Of a stretch of DNA of 64,000 bases, positions 1 to 12,074 are shown piece after piece. The position numbers and the translations under genes are program-made. Origin of the DNA: Octopus vulgaris. Lineage: Eukaryota. Every line of letters begins with the position of its first letter. Within the stretch, counting starts at the first letter, position 1. The notes under the pieces are model-generated. The model made no database searches. It was not told the origin of the DNA and was given only the letters and a program-made list of their open reading frames with translations. Location: the NCBI GenBank assembly GCA_951406725.2, contig OX597819.1, positions 55,738,001 to 55,802,000 of the forward strand, given 5' to 3'.

Positions 1-165
1 GGTATTTCGTTTGTCACTACGTTCTGAGTTCAAATTCTGCCGAGGTCGACTTTATCTTTCATCCTTATGGGGTTTGTTAAATTAAGTACCAGTTGAGTAC
101 TGGGGTTGATGTAATTGACTATCCCCCTCCCCCAAATTTCAGGCCTTGTGTCTATAGTAGAAAGG

Positions 166-224
<59 letters not shown>

Positions 225-537
225 CATCTTCTTTCAATTCTGTTTCCATTTCTTGCTGAGTGTCTCCCTGGCACCTAGGGCAGAGAAATTCACAGTATAC
301 ATTGGTAGACTGTTAAAACAAAGTCATGTGATAGAGAAAATGGGGAAGATAGACAAAGAAAAAAAGAAAAAATTAAACAAAGAAAATAAAGGGGAAAAAA
401 GGAAAGAAAATTCACAGTGACAAAGCTCTTAGTATGTTTGACATACCAGTTAAGACAATCTTTTGCACTTTCTGCATGAATGGTAACCCAGGGATCATTC
501 TTAAATAATCTTCAGTTCCTTTGTTGATCATTCCAAG

Positions 538-569
<32 letters not shown>

Positions 570-786
570 TAAGATGGTGAGCTGGCAGAATTGTTATAAC
601 ATGCTGGACAAAGTGCTTAGCAGCATTTTGTCTATCTTTATATTCTGAGTTCAAATTCTGCCGCGGTCAACTTTGCCTTTCATCCTTTCTGGGTCGATAA
701 AATAAGTACCAGTTGAGTGCTGAGGTCGATGTATTCGACTCATCCCCCTACCCTGAAATTGCTGGCCTTGTGCCAAAATTTGAAAC

Positions 787-837
<51 letters not shown>

Positions 838-1397
838 GATGGCAATCTGGCAGAATTGTCAGTATACTTGATACAATGCTTTACATTCTTTCATCTGTCT
901 TTATGTTCTGAATTCAAATCCAACTGGGGTCAACTTTGCTTTTCATCCTTTCGGGGTTGATAAAATAAGTACGAGTTAAACACTGGAGTTGATGTAATCA
1001 ACTAGCTCTTCGCCCTAAAGAATTCCTGGTCAGTTCTGATCACACAAACCTATGATAAATAAACGAATATAGATGTAATACCTGTTATATGTTCAAACTG
1101 ATCAGATCTGGCCTCTCGTACCTATCCTGCAATATCACTCTAAAAGTAAACTATCAAATCTTTGAAATCTTGAAGTTACAAGATAAAGCATGATTAATCC
1201 AAAACAATGTGAATAAATATGCATTACCTTCGACCGAATTTTTCTTTTATTCATTTCAGTCATTTGACTGTGGCCATGCTGGAGCACTGCCTTTAGTCGA
1301 TCGGTCTCTTTTGCCAAACCGCTAAGCTACGGGGACATAAACACACCAGCATCGATTGTCAAGCGATGTTGGGGGGGACAAACACAGATACACAAAC

Positions 1398-1464
<67 letters not shown>

Positions 1465-1989
1465 ACAGGCTTCTTTCATTTTCTGTCTACCAAATCCACT
1501 CACAAGGCTTTGGTTGGCCCGAGGCTATAGTAGAAGACACTTGCCCAAGGTGCCATGCAGTGGGACTGAACCCGGAACCATGTGGCTGGTAAGCAAGCTA
1601 CTTACCACACAGGCTCTGATTATTTGACTCTTTAGGGGTAAAGTTTAGATAATTTATCAGCTTTTGTCCTTCGTTACTGAGCTGATGCAATGGCAGGTGA
1701 CTCGATCTAATTATAAAATTAATTGCTTCAGCAGGAAACTACCCATGATATAGCATGGAAAAATAGTTGTAAAATATCTGTCTCTTCTCTCTTTCTCTCT
1801 CTTAGGTAAGTATATAATCCATTTATCATTCAACATAATTAGGTAGATTGGGAGATTATTGTCTTTTTTTTTTTTTTGACTTATTAGCAATCACATGTTT
1901 CAAGGTCATTTACACCCACTCTTATATCACATAGGTCTTACTTGGCAGATCTGCTCAAAGACAACTTAAAGGTGACAAATAAAGGATAT

Positions 1990-2025
<36 letters not shown>

Positions 2026-2818
2026 GTTTAACGTCCGCTTTCCATGCCAGCATGGGTTGGACGATTTTGACCGAGGACTGGCGAACCAGATGGCTGCACC
2101 AGGCTCCAATCTTGATCTGGCAGAGTTTCTACAGCTGGATGCCCTTCCTAACACTAACCACTCCGGGTTTTTTTACGTGCTTTTACGGGGGCCAGTCAGG
2201 TGATACTGGCAATGATCTCGCTTAAATGTTTTCACACGTGCCACCGGTACAAATGCCAGTAAGGTGACGCTGGTAACGATCATGCTCAAATGGTACCTTT
2301 TACGTGCCACTGGCACGGAAGCCTGTTAGCTGCTCTGGCAATGGTCACGCTCGGATGGTGCTCTTAGCACTCTACTAGCACGGGGCACAAGTGCCACTAA
2401 GGCGACGCTGGTAACGATCACACTCAAATGGGGCTTTTTATGTACCATTGGCATGGAAGCCAGTTAGCCGCTCTGTCAACGATCATGCTCGTATGGTGCT
2501 CTTTGTGCCCCGCTAGCACAGATGCCAGTCATCGAATTTGATTTTGATTTCGATGTATTCGGAAATATGATGTGTGACAACATAATATTGCTTCTTTTTT
2601 TTTTTAGATTTCTTCCTGATTTTCTATGAGATTACCTTTAAAAACCCCCGATGGCCATCCCTGTATGTAGGGGCTATCAAATAGCATCAAGCTTATTTTG
2701 TATGTGGTTGGGCTGGCTATTATCTGATCTTATGCTAAATGCTACCTGTAAGCACAAGCACATGCCTGAATAGATTTTTTCATCCCCTTGAATGGGTATA
2801 CGATGCTAATGACAGGAG

Positions 2819-2880
<62 letters not shown>

Positions 2881-3125
2881 GGCAGGGAGCTGGGCAGTAT
2901 CATTAGCACACTCTTTTACTTGTTTCAGTCATTTGACTGTGGCCATGCTGGAGCACTACCTTTAGTCGAGCAAATCGACCCTAGGACTTATTCTTTGTAA
3001 GCCTATTACTTATTCTATCGGTCTCTCTTGCCAAACCGCTAAGTTATGGGATGTAAACACACCAGCATTGGTTGTCAAGCAATGTTGAGGGGACAAACAT
3101 ACACACAAACATATACATACATACA

Positions 3126-3161
<36 letters not shown>

Positions 3162-3162
<1 letters not shown>

Positions 3163-5935
3163 GCTAGGAGACAGGTCTATCTAGCCAGAGGGGAAGCAGA
3201 TAAGAGAAAATTTGCCAATGTCCTGCGCCGTGAGGATGAAAGACTTGAGGTATTTCGTGTTGCAAGACAGTGAGTGAGAGAGAATCGTGATGTGGTAGGA
3301 GAGAAATGTGTTCGCATGGAGGATGGTTCACTTGCGCTAAATGAGGATGCAAAGAGAGAAGCTTGGAGACGCCACTATGAAAGGTTACTGAATGAGGAAA
3401 ATGAATGGGATAAAGAGAGTCTGCCGAATGTTGACCCTACAGAGGGACCAGCTATCCGAGTTGATAGTTCCGTGGTAGCTAAGGCAATTAGAAGCATGAA
3501 GACAGGGAAAGCCCCAGGCCCATCAGGAATTACTGCAGAGATGCTCAAAATATCTGGCAGTGTCGGCTATAACCTAGTCACCCGTATAGTCAACCAGGTG
3601 ATACACGAAGGAGTCATACCCAATGACTGGTGCAGCAGCATACTAGTCAACTGCTACAAAGGTAAACGTGATGCCCTAGATACAAATAATTACAGAGGTA
3701 TCAAGCTGTTGGATCAAGTAATGAAGGTTACGGAGAGGGTCATAGCCCAACTAATTAGAGAGAGAGTTAGTTTAGATGAGATGCAGTTTGGGTTCGTGCC
3801 AGGGAAAAGTACCACTGATGCTATATTCCTGGTAAGGCAGCTGCAGGAGAAATACCTAGCCAAAGATAAGCCCCTGTACCTGGCTTTCGTTGACATGGAG
3901 AAAGCTTTTGATAGGGTCCCCCGATCCCTTATCTGGTGGTCAATGAGGAAACTAGGGATAGATGAATGGCTGGTGAGGACTGTGCAAGCCATGTACAGAG
4001 ATGCCGTAAGTAAGGTTAGGGTTGGCAACATGTACACAGAAGAATTCAAAGTAGAGGTTGGGGTCCACCAGGGTTCAGTACTCAGCCCCCTCCTATTTAT
4101 CATAGTACTCCAGGCAATTACGGAGGAATTCAAGACAGGCTGTCCCTGGGAGCTCCTCTACGCTGACGACCTTGCTCTTATTGCTGAGTCACTATCAGAA
4201 CTGGAGGAGAAGTTCCAGGTGTGGAAGGAGGGTTTAGAATCGAAGGGCCTTAGAGTCAACCTAGCTAAAACCAAAGTACTAATAAGTAGAAAGGTAGACA
4301 ATCCACAAATATCTTCAGGAAGATGGCCCTGCTCGATCTGTAGAAAAGGTGTAGGTAGAAACTCTATAAGATGTACCCAGTGTAAGCTATGGACACATAA
4401 GAGGTGCAGCAATGTCAAAGGTAGGCTAACTGGGAAGATAGTTTTTGTATGTGGCAGATGCTCGGGAGCATTAACCTCCGAAAATCTGCAGAAAACAACT
4501 TCCGTCACTTTCCAGGGGGAAAAACTAGAAGTAGTTGATAGCTTCCGTTATCTAGGTGACCAAGTCAGTAGTGGGGGTGGGTGCGCTGAAAGTGTAACTG
4601 CTAGAATAAGAATAGCCTGGGCAAAGTTTAGGGAGCTCTTACCTCTGCTGGTGACTAAAGGCCTCTCGCTCAGAGTAAAAGGCAGACTGTATGATGCGTG
4701 TGTACGAACAGCCATGCTACATGGCAGCGAAACATGGGCCGTGACTGCTGAGGACATGCGTAAGCTCGTGAGGAATGAAGCCAGTATGCTCCGATGGATG
4801 TGTAATGTCAGTGTACATACTCGACAGAGCGTTAGCACCTTGAGAGAAATGTTGTAACTAAGAAGCATCAGTTGTGGTGTGCAAGAGAGACGATTGCGCT
4901 GGTATGGTCATGTGGCGAGAATGGATGAAGATAGGTGTGTGAGAAAGTGCCAATCCCTAGCAGTTGAGGGAACCCGTGGAAGAGGTAGACCCAGGAAAAC
5001 CTGGGACGAGGTGGTGAAGCACGACCTTCGAACTTTAGGCCTCACTGAGGAAATGACCAGAGACCGAGACCTTTGGAAATATTCTGTACGTGAGAAGACC
5101 AGGCAGGACAAGTGAGCCCAGCCCACTTATGAATGCCTTTCCTCCCTTGGACACAAAGACCGGTTGAGGCAAGCGAAGTCGATATAGAACCTCATCCGAC
5201 GACAGACACCCATGCCAACCCCCCATGCTTGCGAAGACATGTTGGGGCAAGCGAAATCGAAATCGAAACCGAATCGAACCAGCCAGGATCCCTGGCCTGG
5301 TGGTACGTAAAAAGCACTATCCGACTCGTGGCCGTGGCACGTAAAATACTCCAATGCGACCGTACGACAGGCACCCATGCCAACCCCCTTTGCTTGTGAA
5401 GACATGTTGGGGCAAGCGAAATCGAAATCGAATTGAACCAGCCAGGATCCCTGGTCTGATGGTACGTAAAAAGCACTATCCGACTCGTGGCCGTGGCACG
5501 TAAAATACTCCAATGCGACCGTACGACAGGCACCCTTGCCAACCCCCTTTGCTTGTGAAGACATGTTGGGGCAAGCGAAATCGAAATCGAATTGAACCAG
5601 CCAGGATCCCTGGTCTGGTGGTACGTAAAAAGCACTATCCGACTCGTGGCCGATGCCAGCACCGCCTCGACTGGCTTCCGTGCCGGTGGCACATAAAATA
5701 CACCAATCTGACCATGGCCGTTGCCAGCCCCGCCTGGCACCTGTGCAGGTGGCACGTAAAAAGCACCCACTACACTCACGGAGTGGTTGGCGTTAGGAAG
5801 GGCATCCAGCTGTAGAAACATTGCCAAATTTAGACTGGAGCCTGGTGCAGCCTTCTGGCTTCCCAGAACCCCGGTCGAACCGTCCAACCCATGCTAGCAT
5901 GGAGAACGGACGTTAAACGACGATGATGATGATGA

Positions 5936-5938
<3 letters not shown>
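3162..5938 (+). mobile_element. 5'-truncated RTE-clade LINE (RT domain, 3'UTR, (GAT)n tail)
   Basis: ORF 3274-4857 with KAPGPSG, NYRGIKLL, QFGF, FVDMEKAFDRV, GVHQGSVLSPLLF, YADD (4159-4170), LRWYGHV and RGRGRPRKTW. In-frame stops at 3271 and 4855; no endonuclease domain. Inserted in the (TA)n tract of a SINE. Confidence 0.95.
5204..5655 (+). repeat. About 2.7 tandem copies of a ~160-bp unit in the RTE 3'UTR
   Basis: Unit cacccatgccaaccc...gaagacatgttggggcaagcgaaatcg...gaccgtacgacag restarts at about 5204, 5371 and 5530. Confidence 0.9.
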
Positions 5939-5981
<43 letters not shown>

Positions 5982-6318
5982 GATGGGCTTCTTTTCAGTT
6001 TCCACTCACAAGGTTTTGGTTGGTCTGAAGCTATAGTAAAAGACACTTGCCCAAGGTGCCACGCAGTAGGACTGAACCCAGAACCATGTGGTTCGTAAGC
6101 AAGCTACTTACCACACAGCCACTCCTACACTGGGTGAAATGCAAAGCAGCATTTTGTCCGTCTTTACGTTCTGAGTTCAAATTCCGCAGGGGTTGACTTT
6201 GCCTTTCATCCTATCCGATTGATGAAATAAGTACTGGTTAAATACTGGAGCTTTCCCCCCAAAGTTTCAGACCTTGTACCAATAGTAGAAAGGATTATTA
6301 TTATTATCATCATCATCA

Positions 6319-6358
<40 letters not shown>

Positions 6359-6823
6359 GTTCAAATTCCAATCAGGTCCTTTCAGGATTGATAAAATAAG
6401 TACCACTTGAGCATTAGGATTGATGTAATTGAATAGCTCCCTTCCCTCAAAATATCAGGTCTTGCTCCTATAGTAAAAAGGATTATTATCAACATCAAAG
6501 CAGCCAGCTGGCAGAATCTTTAGCATGCTGGACAAAATGCTTAGTGACATTTTGTCTGTCTTCCAGTTTTGAGTTCAAATTCTGCCAAGATTGATTTACT
6601 TTCCATCCTTTCGGGGTCAATAGCATAGGTCTTACTTGGCAGATCTGCTCAAAGACAACTTAAAGGTGACAAATAGTTTTACAATTAGATTGAATCGCTT
6701 GCCATTGCATCCACTCAATAATGAAGAACAAAAGCTGATAAATTATCTAAACTTTAATCCCAAAGGGTTAAATAATCTGATTATTCTGCCAAATGTAATG
6801 CTTATTTATTCACATTGCAGATG

Positions 6824-7221
6824 TACGGAGATGTACTTGCATAGCAAATGACCTGATCTGAGATCGTGTGCTGGAATGAAAACAATTGTAGCGTGGAAGG
6901 TGTTTATAAGCCATTTAAGAAACACACAAAATCCGTTAGATTCACTTCAACATTTAAATTTAATTTGTCAAAATATTTTCGTCGTTTTGAGACTGCGACC
7001 TGTTCACTGACAAAATTCCGTGCACAGAATTTTGTCAGTGAACGGGTCGCGGTCTCAAAACGACGGAAATATTTTAACAAATTAAATTTAAATGTTGAAG
7101 TGAATCTAACGGATTTTGTGTGTTTCTTAAATGGCTTATAAACACCTTCCACGCTACAATTGCTTTCATTCCAGCACACGATCTCAGATCAGGTCATTTG
7201 CTATGCAAGTACATCTCCGTA
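6824..7221. mobile_element. 398-bp palindromic insertion (Penelope-like remnant) with 14-bp flanking direct repeat
   Basis: 199-bp arms centred on gtgcac (7020-7025), six mismatches counted by eye. atttattcacattg occurs at 6804-6817 and 7222-7235. Confidence 0.85.
6962..7017 (-). ncRNA. Candidate minimal type-I hammerhead ribozyme, G3:C8 core variant
   Basis: UUUGUCA-GUGAACA-G-GUCG(loop)CGAC-GAAA-AUAU-UU-UGACAAA: 7-bp stem I, 4-bp stem II, palindromic AAUAUU stem III. Confidence 0.65.
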
Positions 7222-8225
7222 ATTTATTCACATTGTTTTTGATTGATCATGTAGATGTTATTGACTCTCTCCATCCACTAAAATGTTAGTCCTTGTGCCT
7301 GTAGTAGAATAGTAGAAAGGATTATTATAATTATTATTTGATCTATTAAATCTGAAATCTGTTAATTTGGGGGTCCATTAAAATGGTGGTTTACTATATG
7401 AATTCTATTGGATAACATTGGTCAGTTGTGATATATTTGACCTTGAGTGTAAAGGCTATCAACTGATTGATAGATGTAGTTTACATATATAATACTCTGT
7501 TTATAATCTGGGTATTCCAACTTTATTATTGGTAGTTATTATCCACGTTTGTCCAGCTTAAGTTATTAATTAATATGAAGATTAGATAGAACAGTTGATA
7601 CAAAGATACTTATAAATCATCATAAGAATCTTGAATGATAATCTGGATCAACAGTGAACCAGTGTTGCATAGGAATTTTCAAAATTATTATGATTACACA
7701 TAAAAATATAAGATAAGTACATTTGTTCTGCCTCAATTTTTGAGCTTGGGAATTACCTTTATTACACACTTGTACATTTGAACTAATGCCCGCACCTTGG
7801 TTGTTATAATCAAAATGTTTTGGCCATTTTGCTCACTCTTTTTCTTAGGGTCTCTGTATTTGGTAAAATTCTTGGAATTTCAGACCAACCCATTTTTTAT
7901 TACCATGAGTGTAAATAATTCTCAATCCATTGTTCACATTAGAAATATTTCATGTTCTCCTCTTATTTATCTGTGATTCTGTGAAGCTGCATGCTTACTC
8001 TTATATATATATATATATGATGATGATGATATTTATATATAATAATTGTATATAATATATAACATAATGATATTTAATGAGTAGCTTTCTCTATGTAACT
8101 CACAAAGCCTTTCGGGTTTGTTTATAAAAATATTATTTATGTAGTTATATATATATATACGTTTAAATATTTGTTGTGCAAGATTTTTTATTGGCTAAAC
8201 TGGCAATATGACCATTCCGAAATAT

Positions 8226-8268
<43 letters not shown>

Positions 8269-9323
8269 AGCATTCCATCACTTATGATGACGAGGGTCGC
8301 AGTTGATATGATCAACGGAACAGCTTGCTCGTGAAATTAACATGCATGTGACTGAGCACTCCAGAGACTTGTATACTCTTAATGTAGGTCTCAGGGGGAT
8401 TCAGCATGACACAGAATGTAACAAGGCTGGCCTTTTGAAATACAAATACTACTCATTTTTGCCAGCTGAGTGGACTGGAGGAAGTGAAATAAAGTGTCTT
8501 CCTCAAGGACACAATGCGTCACCAGGAATTGAACTCACAACCTTTTGTTCGTAAATCGAATCAGATACCCTAACCACTAAGCCACATGCTATCCTATATA
8601 TGTATATATATATATATATATATGGGATGAGGTGGTGAAGCATGACCTTCGAACGTTGGGCCTCACAGAGGAAATGACAAGCAAGTGAGGCCTTTGGAGA
8701 TATGCTGTGCTTGAGAAGACCCGGCAAGCCAAATGAGATCGTAACTGTGGTTGATGCCAGTGTCGCATAACTGGCCCACTTAAGAGTACCCTTTGATCAT
8801 CGGGCAATATGCTGTGCTTGAGAAGATCTGTTGGGTCAAGTGAAATCATTGTCGTGGTTGATGCCAGTGCCACCTAACCGGCACCTGTGCCAGTGGAATG
8901 TGAAAAGTACCATTTGAGCGTGGTAGATGCTAGTGCTGGTGGTACTCAAAAAGCACCATTTGCTCATGGTCAATGCCAGTGCCACATGACTGGCTCCCAT
9001 GCTGGTGGCACATAAAAAGCACTATTCGAGCAATGATACCAATGTCGCTGGACTGGCTCCTGTGCCGGTGGTATGTAAAAAGCACCATTCGAACATGGTC
9101 GATGCCATTGCTGCCTGACTGGCCCCCATGCCAGTGGCATGTAAAAAGCACCCACTGCACTCTTGGAGTGGTTGGCATTAGGAAGGGCATCCAGCTGTAG
9201 AAACCTGCCAGATGAAATTGGAGCCTGGTGCAGCCTCCTGGGTTGCCAGTCCTCAGTCAAATCGTCCAACCCATGCCAGCATGGAGGTCAGATATTAAAC
9301 GATGATGATGATGATGATGATGA

Positions 9324-9382
<59 letters not shown>

Positions 9383-9617
9383 AAGAGATACAAATATTAA
9401 TATTTCTCAAGACACTCAGATGAATAAGGACTGAGATATCTTTCGCACTGCTATACTCAAAAAGACTTGTTTGCCATAAAAGAATTGATACCGGTGCTGG
9501 TGCCATGTAAAAAGCACCCAGTACACTTTGTGGAGTGACTGGCATTGGGAAGGCATCCAGCTGTAAAGACAATACTAGAACAGACAATGGAGCCTGGTGC
9601 AGCCCCAGGCGTTACCA

Positions 9618-9661
<44 letters not shown>

Positions 9662-10812
9662 GCACACACACATTAAGTGTGTGTGTATCATCATCATCAT
9701 CATCATTTGACGTCCGTTTTACATGCTGGCATGGGTTGGACGGTTCAACTGGGGTCTGGGAAGCCAGGAGGCTGCACCAGGCTCCAGTCAGATCTGGCAG
9801 TGTTTCTACAGCTGGATGCCCTTCCTAACACCAACCACTCTGAGAATCTAGTGGGTGCTTTTTACGTGCCACCAGCACAGGGGCCAGAGGAGGCTGGCAA
9901 TGACCATGACCGGTTGGTGCTTTTTACATGCCACTGTCACGGAAGCCAGTCAAGGTGGCACTGGCATTGGCCATGTTCGGATGATGCTTCTTACGTGCCA
10001 CCGGCATGGGGATCCAACTACATTTTCCATTTGATTTTGATGTACTTGACTCAATAGGTCTCCTCAAGCACAGCATGTCACTCTATGATCCAAGGTACTT
10101 TTGAGTGGGTTGGTTATGCGACACCGGTGTAGGTTACAGCTGTGAACTCACTTTATTTGCCAGGCCTTTTCAGTCACAGCATATCTCCAGAGGTCTCAGT
10201 CTTTCGTCATTGCCTCTGTGAGGCCCAATGTTCAAAGGTCATACACTTCATTTTCGTGTTTAGTTTGCAAGATTCCTGAAGTGACTTCCCTTTTCACTCC
10301 AAGGTCTGTTCTGCATCTATATGGGAATTGACCTTATGTCTGTGTGTATGTATGTTTGTATGTGTGTGTTTTAGATGTGTGTTTGCTTAGGGTTGGTGAC
10401 AGAAAGGACACCCAGTTGTAGAAAATCTGCTTCAATAAATATTGTCTGACCCAGACAAGCATGGCAAATTGTACATTAAAACGATGATGATAATGACGAT
10501 GAACTAAAGATGTGAACATATTTATTTTTTGATTTCAATAAAGCTCTCAGGTCACTGAGTATGTAACCCTCAATTAGAGCAAACAGCAACAACAAAACAT
10601 CATTATGATTATCTCCAAAAGCAAACTACAGACCAAACTTCAAGAAAACGTGGTATGCTGAACAGCAACAAATATTAAATGACACAGGCTCCAAAGGGAA
10701 TTATCAAGCTCTCCTGTCTGCTACTCTGTCATGACTTTTTTTTATAGTTTTACATGCAATTGTTTCAGCTAGAATGTCTGCATTTATAATCCCATAGTTA
10801 ATCGTGTGTGTA

Positions 10813-10864
10813 TACATACATACATACATACATACATACATACATACATACATACATACATACA

Positions 10865-10896
<32 letters not shown>

Positions 10897-11410
10897 CATA
10901 CATACATACATACATACATACATACATACATACATACATACATACATACATACATACATACATACATACATACATACATACATACATACATACATACATA
11001 CATACATACATACATACATACATACATACATACATACATACATACATACATACATACATACATACATACATACATACATACATACATACATACATACATA
11101 CATACATACATACATACATACATACATACATACATACATACATACATACATACATACATACATACATACATACATACATACATACATACATACATACATA
11201 CATACATACATACATACATACATACATACATACATACATACATACATACATACATACATACATACATACATACATACATACATACATACATACATACATA
11301 CATACATACATACATACATACATACATACATACATACATACATACATACATACATACATACATACATACATACATACATACATACATACATACATACATA
11401 CATACATACA

Positions 11411-11440
<30 letters not shown>
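10813..11440. repeat. (TACA)n microsatellite, ~630 bp, nearly perfect
   Basis: Direct reading; single CATATA interruption near 10893. Confidence 0.99.
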
Positions 11441-11441
<1 letters not shown>

Positions 11442-11729
11442 GTATGTGTTTGTGTGTTTTCTGTTTTTCTTCTGGCTGCATATTTTATGCTGGCAGATAT
11501 TTGGTCTATACTCTTTTACTTGTTTCAGTCATTTGACTGTGGCCATGCTGGAGCACCGCCATTAGTCGAGCAAATTGACCCCAGGACTTATTCTTTGTAA
11601 GCCTAGTACTCATTCTATCGGTCTCTTTTGCTGGACCGTTAAGTTACAGGGACGTAAACACACCAGCATCGGTTGTCAAGCGATGTTGGGGGGACAAACA
11701 CAGACACACAAACATGTACACACACACAC

Positions 11730-11781
<52 letters not shown>

Positions 11782-12074
11782 AGAATTCACAAAAAAACAA
11801 ACTATGAAGACAGGTGGTGTAGAAAAGTATTAATATAACACTCGGGAATTGAAAAAGTCTTTTACATTTCGAGCATGTATATATATATACAGATACACAT
11901 ATATACAATGGGCTTCTTTCAATTTCCGTCTACCAAATCCATTCACAAGGCTTTGGTTGGCCTGAGGCTATAGTAGAAGATACTTGCCCAATGTGCCACG
12001 CAGTGGGACTGAACCCAGAACCATGTGGTTGGTAAACAAGCTACTTACCACACAGCCACTCCTGCACCTATGTA

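Noticed and set aside
434-482. MFDIPVKTIFCTFCMNG as retinochrome exon 1
   Set aside because: The phase fits, but it is too short, the donor GTAACC is weak and there is no convincing similarity.
6866-7179. Two near-identical 91-aa ORFs on opposite strands
   Set aside because: A direct consequence of the palindrome; no recognisable domain.
7815-7862. MFWPFCSLFFLGSLYLV as retinochrome exon 1
   Set aside because: GSLYLV resembles the expected TM1 start, but the only nearby donor is weak and phase 0, while the next exon needs phase 1.
10704-11600. Long ORFs (MYVC/YIHT repeats) on both strands
   Set aside because: Translations of the (TACA)n microsatellite. The same applies to poly-I, poly-Y, YI and CV ORFs elsewhere.
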